Shown one piece after another: positions 48,533 through 56,455 of a stretch of 56,455 nt of DNA. Within the stretch, counting starts at the first letter, position 1. Each line of letters begins with the position of its first letter. Source of the stretch: Actinomycetota bacterium. Lineage in GTDB: Bacteria > Actinomycetota > Acidimicrobiia > Acidimicrobiales > CADCTF01. The stretch spans positions 1 through 56,455 of the forward strand of contig JAHWJU010000004.1 of assembly GCA_019348255.1 (NCBI GenBank), given 5' to 3'. The position numbers and the translations under genes were made by a program. A model generated the notes under the pieces. That model searched no databases. It had not been told where the DNA came from and saw nothing but the letters and a program-made list of their open reading frames with translations.

Positions 48533-49045
48533 ATGACGATCCACGACCGCCCGTTCGGCCGGTACTTCGAGGACTTCGAGGTCGGCGACGTCTACAAGCA
48601 CTGGCCGGGCAAGACCATCACCGAGTACGACGACCACCTGTTCTGCATGATCACCATGAACCACCACCCCGTGCACACCAACGCCTGGTTCGCCGAGCAC
48701 GAGAGCCCCCACGGCAAGAACCTGGTGGTCGGCAACCTGGTGTACTCGATGGCGCTGGGCATGAGCGTGCCCGACGTCAGCGGCTCGGCCATCGCCAACC
48801 TCGAGGTGGAGACGCTCAGGCACTCCAAGCCCACCTTCCACGGCGACACCATCTATGCCGAGACCCGGGTCGTCGAGAAGCGGGAGTCGACGACCAAGGG
48901 CGACCGGGGCGTGGTGAAGGTGGAGACCAAGGCCTTCAACCAGCACGGGGACGAGGTCTGCTACTTCACCCGCAAGGTGATGGTCTGGAAGAGGGAGGGC
49001 GCGCCGCAGCGGCGCCGCCCCTACGCCGCGGACGTCTGGTCCTGA
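48533..49045 (+). CDS. MaoC family (R)-hydratase (mesaconyl-CoA hydratase-like)
   Basis: GRYFEDFEVGDVYKHWPGKTITEYDDHLFC..TMNHHP.H, PTFHGDTIYAET. Confidence 0.9.
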   Translation: MTIHDRPFGRYFEDFEVGDVYKHWPGKTITEYDDHLFCMITMNHHPVHTNAWFAEHESPHGKNLVVGNLVYSMALGMSVPDVSGSAIANLEVETLRHSKPTFHGDTIYAETRVVEKRESTTKGDRGVVKVETKAFNQHGDEVCYFTRKVMVWKREGAPQRRRPYAADVWS

Positions 49046-49824
49046 CCCGGCGGCGCCGACTGGTGGTGGCCGGGCTGGGACTGCCGGCGGCGGCCGTGGG
49101 GCTGTTGGTCGTGGAGGCGCTCCTGGCGCGGCAAGGGCCGCGCCTGGCGCCGGTAACGCCCGAGTACCCGACGGTGGGGGAGGTGACGGCGGTGTGGCTG
49201 GGCGACTCCACGGCGGTGGGGGTGGGCGCCGGGGGAAGCCACCGGACGGTGGCGTCGCTCGTCGCCGCGGCGAGGGGGGAGCGGGTGGTGATGCTGGCGG
49301 AGTCGGGCGCCACCGTGGCCGAGGTGGTGGACAACCAGGTCGAAGCCGTCGGCGCTCAGGATCCCGGGGTCGTGTACGTGAGCGTCGGCGCCAACGACGT
49401 CACCCACCTCACCTCGACCGCCGACTTCCGCCGGGCCTACAGCCGGCTCCTCGACCGCCTGGCCGGCCCCCCGGGGGCCGCAGCGGCCCCCGGGAACGGG
49501 AAGCAGGGGTTTCGGGTGGTCGTGCTGGGTGTTCCCGACATGGGCGCGCCACCGCGGCTGCGCCAGCCGCTGCGGGCGCTGGCCGGGTTCCGCGGTCGCC
49601 AGCTCGACCGCGTGATCCGGGAGGTGAGCCACGGGCGCCCCGGCGTCACCTACGTCGACATCGCCGGTCCCACCGGGGGGCCGTTCCGGCGCCACCCGGA
49701 GCGCTACTTCTCCGCCGACCGCTACCACCCGGATGGCGACGGCTACGAGCTGTGGGCCGAGGCCGTGCTGGCGCAGCCTGAGCGCAAACCCGGTTCAAGG
49801 CTGCGGCGGCCACTGCCGAACTAG
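49042..49824 (+). CDS. SGNH/GDSL hydrolase with N-terminal signal/anchor
   Basis: LGDSTAVG, ESGA, VGANDV, DRYHP. Start uncertain (CTG 49042 or GTG 49063). Confidence 0.87.
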   Translation: MTRRRRLVVAGLGLPAAAVGLLVVEALLARQGPRLAPVTPEYPTVGEVTAVWLGDSTAVGVGAGGSHRTVASLVAAARGERVVMLAESGATVAEVVDNQVEAVGAQDPGVVYVSVGANDVTHLTSTADFRRAYSRLLDRLAGPPGAAAAPGNGKQGFRVVVLGVPDMGAPPRLRQPLRALAGFRGRQLDRVIREVSHGRPGVTYVDIAGPTGGPFRRHPERYFSADRYHPDGDGYELWAEAVLAQPERKPGSRLRRPLPN

Positions 49825-49828
49825 ACAT

Positions 49829-50926
49829 GTGGCTCATCCCCTGCTCGACGATCTGCTCCGGGCCCTGGCCGAGGCCGACGGTTCGGACCTCCACGTCAAG
49901 GTCGGTTCGCCTCCCCGCATCCGTGTGAACGGGGCGCTGGTGCGCCTCGAGAACGCCCCGCCGGTGACGCCGGACCTGACCGCCGAGATGGCCGGCGCCA
50001 TCATGCGGCCAGAGGTCGCGGAGCAGTTCGAGGAGCGCAACGACACCGACTTCGCCTACGCCGTGCCGCAGCTCGGCCGGTTCCGGGTGAACGCCTTCCG
50101 TCAGCGGGGGACGGTGGGCATGATCTTCCGCCGGGTCCGTACCTCGGCCGCCTCCTTCGACGAGCTGGGCCTGCCCGACGTCGTGGGTCGTCTGGCGTCG
50201 GAGAACCGGGGACTGGTGCTGGTCACGGGCCCGACCGGCTCGGGCAAGACGACCACCCTGGCGGCGATGATCGACTACATCAACGAGAACCGCGAGTGCC
50301 ACGTCGTCACCATCGAGGACCCCATCGAGGTCCTGCACCGCGACAAGATGGCGTCGATCAACCAGCGCGAGATCGGTTTCGACACCAACGACTTCGCGTC
50401 GGCCATGCGGGCCGCGATGCGCCAGGACCCCGACGTGATCCTGGTGGGTGAGATGCGCGACCAGGAGACGGTCTCGGCCGCGCTGAGCGCGGCCGAGACC
50501 GGTCACCTGGTCTTTTCCACGCTGCACACCATCGACGCCACCGAGACGGTGAACCGCATCGTCGACTTCTTCCCGCCCCACCAGCAGCACCAGATCAGAG
50601 TGGCCCTGGCCGGGGCCGTCCGGGGGACGATCTGCCAGCGCCTGGTCCAGACCGCCGACGGCAAGGGACGGGTCGCCGCTCTCGAGGTGATGGTGGCCAA
50701 CGGCCGCATCCAGAACTGCATCGTCGACCCCAGCCGGGGCGGCGACATGCACGAGATCATCGCCGACGGCGAGTACTACGGGATGCAGACCTTCGACCAG
50801 TCCCTGGTCAAGCTGTACGAGCGGGGCATGATCGACATGCGGGGGGCGATGACGGCCGCCACCAACCCCCACGACCTCAAGGTCATGCTGCAACAGCGGG
50901 GTCTGGTCGCCGCCACCAACCGCTGA
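49829..50926 (+). CDS. pilT: Type IV pilus retraction ATPase, PilT/PilU family (paralogue 2)
   Basis: GSDLHVKVGSPP, RFRVNAF.QRG, GPTGSGKTT, TIEDPIE, DPDVILVGEMRD, STLHT, GMQTFDQ. Confidence 0.93.
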   Translation: MAHPLLDDLLRALAEADGSDLHVKVGSPPRIRVNGALVRLENAPPVTPDLTAEMAGAIMRPEVAEQFEERNDTDFAYAVPQLGRFRVNAFRQRGTVGMIFRRVRTSAASFDELGLPDVVGRLASENRGLVLVTGPTGSGKTTTLAAMIDYINENRECHVVTIEDPIEVLHRDKMASINQREIGFDTNDFASAMRAAMRQDPDVILVGEMRDQETVSAALSAAETGHLVFSTLHTIDATETVNRIVDFFPPHQQHQIRVALAGAVRGTICQRLVQTADGKGRVAALEVMVANGRIQNCIVDPSRGGDMHEIIADGEYYGMQTFDQSLVKLYERGMIDMRGAMTAATNPHDLKVMLQQRGLVAATNR

Positions 50927-50991
50927 GGCCCACCCCCGGCGGGGGGACGCCGATTGCTCCCGAAGGGTGGCCGATGGGGTAGACCTGCGCG

Positions 50992-51498
50992 GTGTTCGAC
51001 GACCCGGCAGCGAGCGGCACGTCGGCCCACGACATCGCCCACTTCCGACAGGTCATGGGGCGCTTCTGCACCGGCGTCACCATCGTCACCGCCGTGGACG
51101 GGGGCGAGCCGGTGGGCTTCACGGCGCAGTCGTTCACCTCCGTCTCGCTGGAGCCACCCCTCATCAGTTTCTGCCCCGGCAAGTCCGTGGGCAGCTGGGC
51201 CCGTATCCGGTCCGCCGGGACGTTCTGCGTCAACATCCTGAGCGAGGAGCAGGAGGCGCTGTGCCGCACCTTCGCCAGCAAGGGCCAGGACAAGTTCCGG
51301 GGGGTCGGGTGGCATCCGGGACCGGCGACCGGCGCGCCCGTTCTCGACGGCGTCATCGGCTGGGTCGAGGCGCAGATCGTGGCTGAGCACGAGGCCGGTG
51401 ACCACCTGATCGTGGTGGGCCGCGTCATCGACCTCGACAGCGACGGCGGCCAGCCGCTGCTCTTCTACCGGGGCGGCTTCGGCCGCTTCCAGCCGTAG
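50992..51498 (+). CDS. Flavin reductase family protein
   Basis: FRQVMGRFCTGVTIVT, SFTSVSLEPPL, FCVNIL, AGDH, PLLFYRG. Confidence 0.93.
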   Translation: MFDDPAASGTSAHDIAHFRQVMGRFCTGVTIVTAVDGGEPVGFTAQSFTSVSLEPPLISFCPGKSVGSWARIRSAGTFCVNILSEEQEALCRTFASKGQDKFRGVGWHPGPATGAPVLDGVIGWVEAQIVAEHEAGDHLIVVGRVIDLDSDGGQPLLFYRGGFGRFQP

Positions 51499-51506
51499 CC
51501 ACCGCT

Positions 51507-52115
51507 GTGGAGGTCGAGCCCCTTCCCATCGCCGGCGCGTACGTCTTCACCCCGGTGCAGCACGCCGACGCCAGGGGCGTCTTCCTCGAGTGGTACAGGA
51601 GCGACGTCGTGGCGGCCGCCACCGGCCGCGCACTGCCGGTGGCGCAGGCCAACAACTCCATCTCCCGCCGGGGAGTGGTCCGGGGCATCCATTACGCCGA
51701 AGTACCCCCGGGTCAGGCCAAGTTCGTCTACTGCACCCAGGGGGCGGTCCGCGACGTGGTCGTCGACCTCCGGGTGGGCTCTCCCACCTTCGGCACCTGG
51801 ACCTCGGTTCTTCTCGACGACGTCGAGCGGCGGGCCGTGTACCTGGCCGAGGGACTGGGTCATGGCTTCGAGGCCCTCACCGACGGCGCCTCGACCACCT
51901 ACCTGTGCTCGACCCCCTACGCCCCCGATCGGGAGCACGGCGTGCAGGCCCTCGACCCGGCCCTGGGCATCGGCTGGACCACCCCGACCCCGACGCTGGC
52001 TCCCCGCGACCTCGCTGCGCCGTCGCTGGCCGAGGCCGGCGTCGCCGGCCTGCTCCCGACGTGGTCCCAGTGCCTCGATTGGTACGACCAGACGGGTCAG
52101 ACCGTGGCGAAGTAG
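51507..52115 (+). CDS. rfbC: dTDP-4-dehydrorhamnose 3,5-epimerase family (RmlC cupin)
   Basis: D.RG.F.E, Q.N.SISRRGVVRGIH, GQAK.V, VDLRVGSPTFG.W, GLGHGF, YLCS. Confidence 0.9.
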   Translation: MEVEPLPIAGAYVFTPVQHADARGVFLEWYRSDVVAAATGRALPVAQANNSISRRGVVRGIHYAEVPPGQAKFVYCTQGAVRDVVVDLRVGSPTFGTWTSVLLDDVERRAVYLAEGLGHGFEALTDGASTTYLCSTPYAPDREHGVQALDPALGIGWTTPTPTLAPRDLAAPSLAEAGVAGLLPTWSQCLDWYDQTGQTVAK

Positions 52116-52474
52116 TCCCGCACCGCCCGTGCTCCCACCAGTCGGGCCTGCACCTGGCCGGCGGCGTCGGCCAGCAGGACGGTGGGGGCGCTGCGCACGT
52201 GGAAGGCGTCGGCCAGATGGGGCTCACGGGTGACGTCGACGCTCACCAGCCGCGCCTCCGGGTCGGCGCCGGCGAGATGTTCCTTCACCGGGCCGCAGCT
52301 GGCGCAGTAGGGGGTGGTGAACACCAGCCACGTCCGGTCGGCCCCGGCGAGCAGCGACGAGGGCACCTGCGGGTGGGGCCGCTGCTCCTGTTGCAGGGCC
52401 ACCCTCCAGCCCGTGTACCAGCGGCGCCCGATCACCAGCGCCACCACGAAGACGGCGACGACGAGGATCTTCAT
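52097..52474 (-). CDS. Membrane-anchored thioredoxin family protein (ThiX-like)
   Basis: N-terminal TM, FTTPYCASC (CxxC), V.SAPT. Confidence 0.85.
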   Translation of the reverse strand: MKILVVAVFVVALVIGRRWYTGWRVALQQEQRPHPQVPSSLLAGADRTWLVFTTPYCASCGPVKEHLAGADPEARLVSVDVTREPHLADAFHVRSAPTVLLADAAGQVQARLVGARAVRDYFATV

Positions 52475-52478
52475 GCCG

Positions 52479-52913
52479 TCACGCCACGAGCCGGGTACCC
52501 CGCCGGCGGGCGAGGAGCAGGTAGATCTCGCAGCCGACGCAGATGCCGGTCACGGCGGCGAGGCCTGCCAGTGCCGCCACCGTCAGGGCCAAGATCCAAG
52601 CCACACCGGAGGCGCCGAGCGCGAACGCGAGCGTTGCCGCCAACAAAAAGGCCACACCGATGGCGGCGGCGAACCGAGGGGGCCGGGGGTCTTCCAGCTC
52701 CTCCGGCGGACCCAGGCGGGGACGGATGAGGTCCGCGTACAGCCGCAGGAACGGCCCGTACCGGGGCCCGAAGGCCGCGCCCGCGAACAGCACGGCGGCG
52801 AAGGCCGGCACCACCGCCTCGACGTCGGTCAGGAACCCCACCACCAGCCCGACGGTCAGCACCGCCTGGTTGAACCGCGGCCCCCGGGGGTCGATGGGTC
52901 GGGGAGCGTCCAT
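52479..52913 (-). CDS. DUF4395 domain membrane protein
   Basis: IDPRGPRF, EDPRPPRFA, GICVGCEIY. Confidence 0.9.
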   Translation of the reverse strand: MDAPRPIDPRGPRFNQAVLTVGLVVGFLTDVEAVVPAFAAVLFAGAAFGPRYGPFLRLYADLIRPRLGPPEELEDPRPPRFAAAIGVAFLLAATLAFALGASGVAWILALTVAALAGLAAVTGICVGCEIYLLLARRRGTRLVA

Positions 52914-52924
52914 GGCCCCATCCT

Positions 52925-52949
52925 AAACCCGATCAGCCAGGTCGGGTAT
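52925..52949. promoter_or_regulatory. Palindromic operator (candidate Rrf2-family site) at DUF4395 promoter
   Basis: AAACCCGA-TCAGCCAGG-TCGGGTAT; ACCCGA/TCGGGT dyad abuts the minus-strand -10 TAGGAT (52925-52920). Confidence 0.5.
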
Positions 52950-53082
52950 TCCCTTCCGCCGACACGCGACGGGTGCGGATGCAGCCGCCGTCGGCGCGAG
53001 GCCCCACCGGCCACTTTCCGTGGTTAACTCCTCTACGGTCGAAGCCATCCTGGCGCACGACAGGCACGAAAGGAAGGCGGCC

Positions 53083-54888
53083 ATGGAGCTCAAGACCCTC
53101 GGCCAGTCGCAGGTGATCCGATCGGCCGCCGACGTCGCCGTCGCCCGGGAGCTGGTGCGCAACCGCCGAATCCGCCGGCTGCGCAACGTCCTGGCGCCGC
53201 TGGCCGTCTGGACGATGTTCCGGCTGGTCACCGGCGACCCCGTCACCATCGGGATGCCGGAGATCGGCCCCGAGGTGGCACCGTTCCTGCCCGGGATGGT
53301 CCTCATCGTGCTCCTGACCCTGGTGCTGGTGGTGCCCCTCCTGGGCGCCGGACGCTCGCCCCACGTGCTCTACCGGCCCAGTGAGATCGACGTCTGCCTC
53401 GACGACGTGAAGGGCAACGGCGTCCTCGTGGACGAGGTGGTGCGCACCGTCAACCTCTTCCTCGCCCACAAGACCTTCCGCGAGAAGATGGGCGGTACCG
53501 CCCGGCGGGCGATCCTGTTCGAGGGCCCTCCCGGGACGGGCAAGACCTACATGGCCAAGGCCATGGCGCGTGAGGCCGGGGTGCCGTACCTGTTCGTCTC
53601 CTCGTCGGCGTTCCAGTCGATGTACTACGGCCAGACCAATCGCAAGATCCGCTCCTACTTCAAGGCGCTGCGCAAGTTCGCCAGGGAAGAGGGCGGGGCC
53701 ATCGGGTTCATCGAGGAGATCGACGCCATCGGCTCCGCCCGCTCCGGCATGGGCGGCGGCGGGCGGGAGGGCATCAGCGGCGTCGTCAACGAGCTGTTGA
53801 TCCAGCTGCAGTCCTTCGATCAGCCGGTGTTCGCCGATCGGGTGAAGGGATGGCTGGTCGACCAGGTCAACCGGTGGCTGCCGGCACAGCACCAGCTCCG
53901 GAAGCCTGCGCCCGAACCGGCCAACATCCTCGTGATCGGGGCGACCAACCGCGCCGGCGACCTCGACCCGGCGCTGCTGCGGCCGGGCCGGTTCGACCGG
54001 TCGATCTACTTCGACCTGCCCAACCGCAGGGGCCGGCGGGAGATCATCGACTACTACCTGACCAAGAAGGCCCACCAACCGGAGCTCGACGACCCCGAGC
54101 GGCGGGAGACGTTGGCGGCGATGACACTGGGGTACTCGCCCGTCATGCTCGAGCACCTGCTCGACGAGGCACTGGTGTGGGCCCTGCGACGGGGTGGGGT
54201 TCGCCTCGGCTGGGACGACATCCAGCAGGCCCGCATGACCGAGGAGCTGGGCCTCAAGCAGCCCGTCGAGTACGCCATCGACGAGCGGCGAACGATCGCC
54301 ACCCATGAGGCCGGCCATGCCACCGTCGCCCACCTCGTGGGCAAGAGCCGCAAGCTGGAGGTCCTGTCGATCATCAAGCGGGGCCAGGCGCTGGGCCTGC
54401 TGGCGCACTCGGAGCTGGAGGAGCGCTTCACCACCACCAAGTCCGAGATCGAGGCCCGCATCGCCATCGCCTTCGGCGGCATGGTCGCAGAGGAGCTGTT
54501 CTTCGGCGAGTCGGGAACGGGCCCGGCCGGCGACCTGCAGGCCGCGACCTCCGCGGCGGCGCAGATGGTCGGCAGCTTCGGGATGGCCGGGACCCTGGTG
54601 TCGTACGACTTGATGGCCGGTCCCCCCGGAGCCGGCGTGGTGGCCAAGGTCCTGGCCAGTGACGAGGGCAGGCGGTGCGTCGAGACCATCCTCGAAGAGT
54701 CCAAGGTCGAGGTCAGCCGGCTCGTGGCCGAGAACCGCCATCTGGTCGAGGCTCTGCGCGACGCGCTGCTCGAGCGCGAAGAGCTCGTGGGCCAGGAGAT
54801 CATCGAGGTGATCCGGGCGGCGGAGCTGCGGGCCCTGGGGATGGTCGTCGACCTGCGCGACCCGACCCACCGCCTCCTGTCCGAATAG
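53083..54888 (+). CDS. Divergent FtsH-like AAA+ ATPase / M41 metalloprotease
   Basis: N-terminal hydrophobic segments, GPPGTGKT, FIEEID, ATNR...LDPALLRPGRFDR, HEAGH, G.AGDL; RBS AGGAAGG before ATG 53083. Confidence 0.88.
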   Translation: MELKTLGQSQVIRSAADVAVARELVRNRRIRRLRNVLAPLAVWTMFRLVTGDPVTIGMPEIGPEVAPFLPGMVLIVLLTLVLVVPLLGAGRSPHVLYRPSEIDVCLDDVKGNGVLVDEVVRTVNLFLAHKTFREKMGGTARRAILFEGPPGTGKTYMAKAMAREAGVPYLFVSSSAFQSMYYGQTNRKIRSYFKALRKFAREEGGAIGFIEEIDAIGSARSGMGGGGREGISGVVNELLIQLQSFDQPVFADRVKGWLVDQVNRWLPAQHQLRKPAPEPANILVIGATNRAGDLDPALLRPGRFDRSIYFDLPNRRGRREIIDYYLTKKAHQPELDDPERRETLAAMTLGYSPVMLEHLLDEALVWALRRGGVRLGWDDIQQARMTEELGLKQPVEYAIDERRTIATHEAGHATVAHLVGKSRKLEVLSIIKRGQALGLLAHSELEERFTTTKSEIEARIAIAFGGMVAEELFFGESGTGPAGDLQAATSAAAQMVGSFGMAGTLVSYDLMAGPPGAGVVAKVLASDEGRRCVETILEESKVEVSRLVAENRHLVEALRDALLEREELVGQEIIEVIRAAELRALGMVVDLRDPTHRLLSE

Positions 54889-54898
54889 GAGATGACCG

Positions 54899-56455
54899 TC
54901 AGTCGGCCAGGCCCACGAGGTCGAGGATGAACGCGTAGTAGAAGGCCCGCTCCCGCCACTCGTTGTAGCGCCCGGAGGGTCCGCCGTGACCCGCACCCAT
55001 CTCCGTCTTGAGCAGCACCGGTTGGTCGCCCAGCTTGGTCGCCCGCAGCTTCGCCACCCACTTGGCCGGCTCCCAGAAGGCGACGCGGGTGTCGTTCAAG
55101 CCCGTGGTCACCAGCATGGCCGGGTACTCCTTGGCCTCCACGTTGTCGTAGACGGAGTACGACTTCATGTAGGCGTAGTACTCCGGGTCGCTGGGGTTGC
55201 CCCACTCCTCGAACTCGCCGGTCGTGAGGGGGATGGTCTCGTCGAGCATGGTGGTGACCACGTCGACGAACGGCACCAGCGCCACCATCCCGCGGAAGAG
55301 CTCCGGCCGCAGGTTGACGGCCGCGCCCACCAGGAGGCCGCCGGCGCTGCCGCCCATGGCCACCAGCCGCTGGGGCGAGGTGTAGCCGTTGGCGCACAAG
55401 TGCTCGGCGCAGGCGATGAAGTCGGTGAAGGTGTTGCCCTTGTGCAGGAACTTCCCGCTTTCGTACCACCGGCGGCCCATCTCTCCCCCGCCCCGGACAT
55501 GGGCCACCGCGTAGACGAAGCCGCGGTCGAGCAGGCTGAGCGCGAAGTGGGAGAAGTACGGGTCGATGCTGATCTCATAGGAGCCGTAGCCGTACAGCAC
55601 GGCGGGGGCGGAGCCGTCCCGGGGTAGGTCGGCGCGGTACACCAGCGACATCGGCACCTTCGTCCCGTCGGGCGCCGTGGCCCACTGGCGCTCGGTGCGG
55701 TACCGGGTCGGGTCGAACCCACCGAGCACCGGCGCCTGCTTCACCAGAACGGCGGTGCGGGTCTCCATGTCGTAGTCGAAGATCGACTCCGGGGTGACCA
55801 TCGACTCGTATTCGAAGCGAAGGATCGACCGGTCGAACTCCGGGTTCGGCCCGAACGTGGTGGAGGAGACGTCCTCGGGGACCTCGAGATCGTGGATCTC
55901 GCCGTCGGCGGCTCGCATCACCCGGAGCCTGGGAACCGCTCTGGCCTGCTCGGCCAGCACTAGCCAGTCCCGGAAGACCTCCACGTGGTGCAGCCTGGCG
56001 TCCTCCCGGTGGGCCACGACATCGCGCCAGTGGGCTCGGCCCGGGGTCGCCACCGGCGCCCGCACCAGCTTGTGGTTCACGGCACCGTCGGCGTTGGTGA
56101 CGATGACGAAGTGCTCACCGTGATGGTCGACGAAGTAGCGGAGGCCCTCCTGGCGGGCCTCGACCAGCCGCAACGGCCCGAGCGGGTCGCTCGCCTCCAC
56201 CACGTGGCACTCGGTGGTGAGGGCGCTGGCCGAGGTGACCACGACGAACCGGCCGCTCTTGGTGCGCTCGACGGAGACCCCGAAGCGCTCGTCGTCCTCC
56301 TGGTAGACCAGCTCGGCTCCCTCCAGGGGATCGCCGAGGCGGTGGCGCCAGATCTGATGCGGCCGCAGCGCCGCATCCCGCGCCGCGTAGAAGACGGTGC
56401 GGTTGTCACTGGCCCAGACGACGTTCTCGGTGACCGACGGGATCACGTCGGGCAG
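54899..56455 (-). CDS. ptrB: Oligopeptidase B (S9A), 5' end outside window
   Basis: YGYGSY, HVRGGGEMG..WY, GGSAGG, PFVDV..TMLD..IPLT..E..EWGNP, D.RV..WEPAKW, GAGHGG.SGR. Confidence 0.95.
   Translation of the reverse strand: MPDVIPSVTENVVWASDNRTVFYAARDAALRPHQIWRHRLGDPLEGAELVYQEDDERFGVSVERTKSGRFVVVTSASALTTECHVVEASDPLGPLRLVEARQEGLRYFVDHHGEHFVIVTNADGAVNHKLVRAPVATPGRAHWRDVVAHREDARLHHVEVFRDWLVLAEQARAVPRLRVMRAADGEIHDLEVPEDVSSTTFGPNPEFDRSILRFEYESMVTPESIFDYDMETRTAVLVKQAPVLGGFDPTRYRTERQWATAPDGTKVPMSLVYRADLPRDGSAPAVLYGYGSYEISIDPYFSHFALSLLDRGFVYAVAHVRGGGEMGRRWYESGKFLHKGNTFTDFIACAEHLCANGYTSPQRLVAMGGSAGGLLVGAAVNLRPELFRGMVALVPFVDVVTTMLDETIPLTTGEFEEWGNPSDPEYYAYMKSYSVYDNVEAKEYPAMLVTTGLNDTRVAFWEPAKWVAKLRATKLGDQPVLLKTEMGAGHGGPSGRYNEWRERAFYYAFILDLVGLAD

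Overview
Very GC-rich, gene-dense chromosomal segment of an actinobacterium. WhiB, DUF501, F420-dependent enzymes and a short-arm tRNA-Leu(TAA) support the phylum; class Acidimicrobiia is my inference from gene style and order. It holds about 60 CDS and one tRNA. I saw no rRNA, CRISPR array, integrase or transposase. The left end is the conserved rplY-pth-mfd-PPIase-mazG-eno-ftsB-DUF501-ppx backbone, interrupted by a PilT/PilU ATPase and a 3-gene ABC-2 exporter. The rest is mixed metabolic, stress and envelope genes. Most notable signals: (1) widespread leaderless promoters, including overlapping bidirectional -10 elements in 19-20 bp gaps; (2) a tRNA-Leu(TAA)-whiB-28 aa membrane peptide unit, with the peptide absent from the ORF track; (3) a probable lower ethylmalonyl-CoA pathway trio; (4) an ECF sigma factor with a hydrophobic C-terminal extension next to a secreted subtilase; (5) a LigD whose ligase domain lacks the catalytic lysine; (6) two orphan PilT/PilU paralogues plus a PilZ protein; (7) an orphan protein resembling those of Streptomyces contractile-injection loci; (8) candidate ATC/CTG start codons and a candidate Rrf2-type operator. 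Family calls come from motif recognition only; no searches were run.
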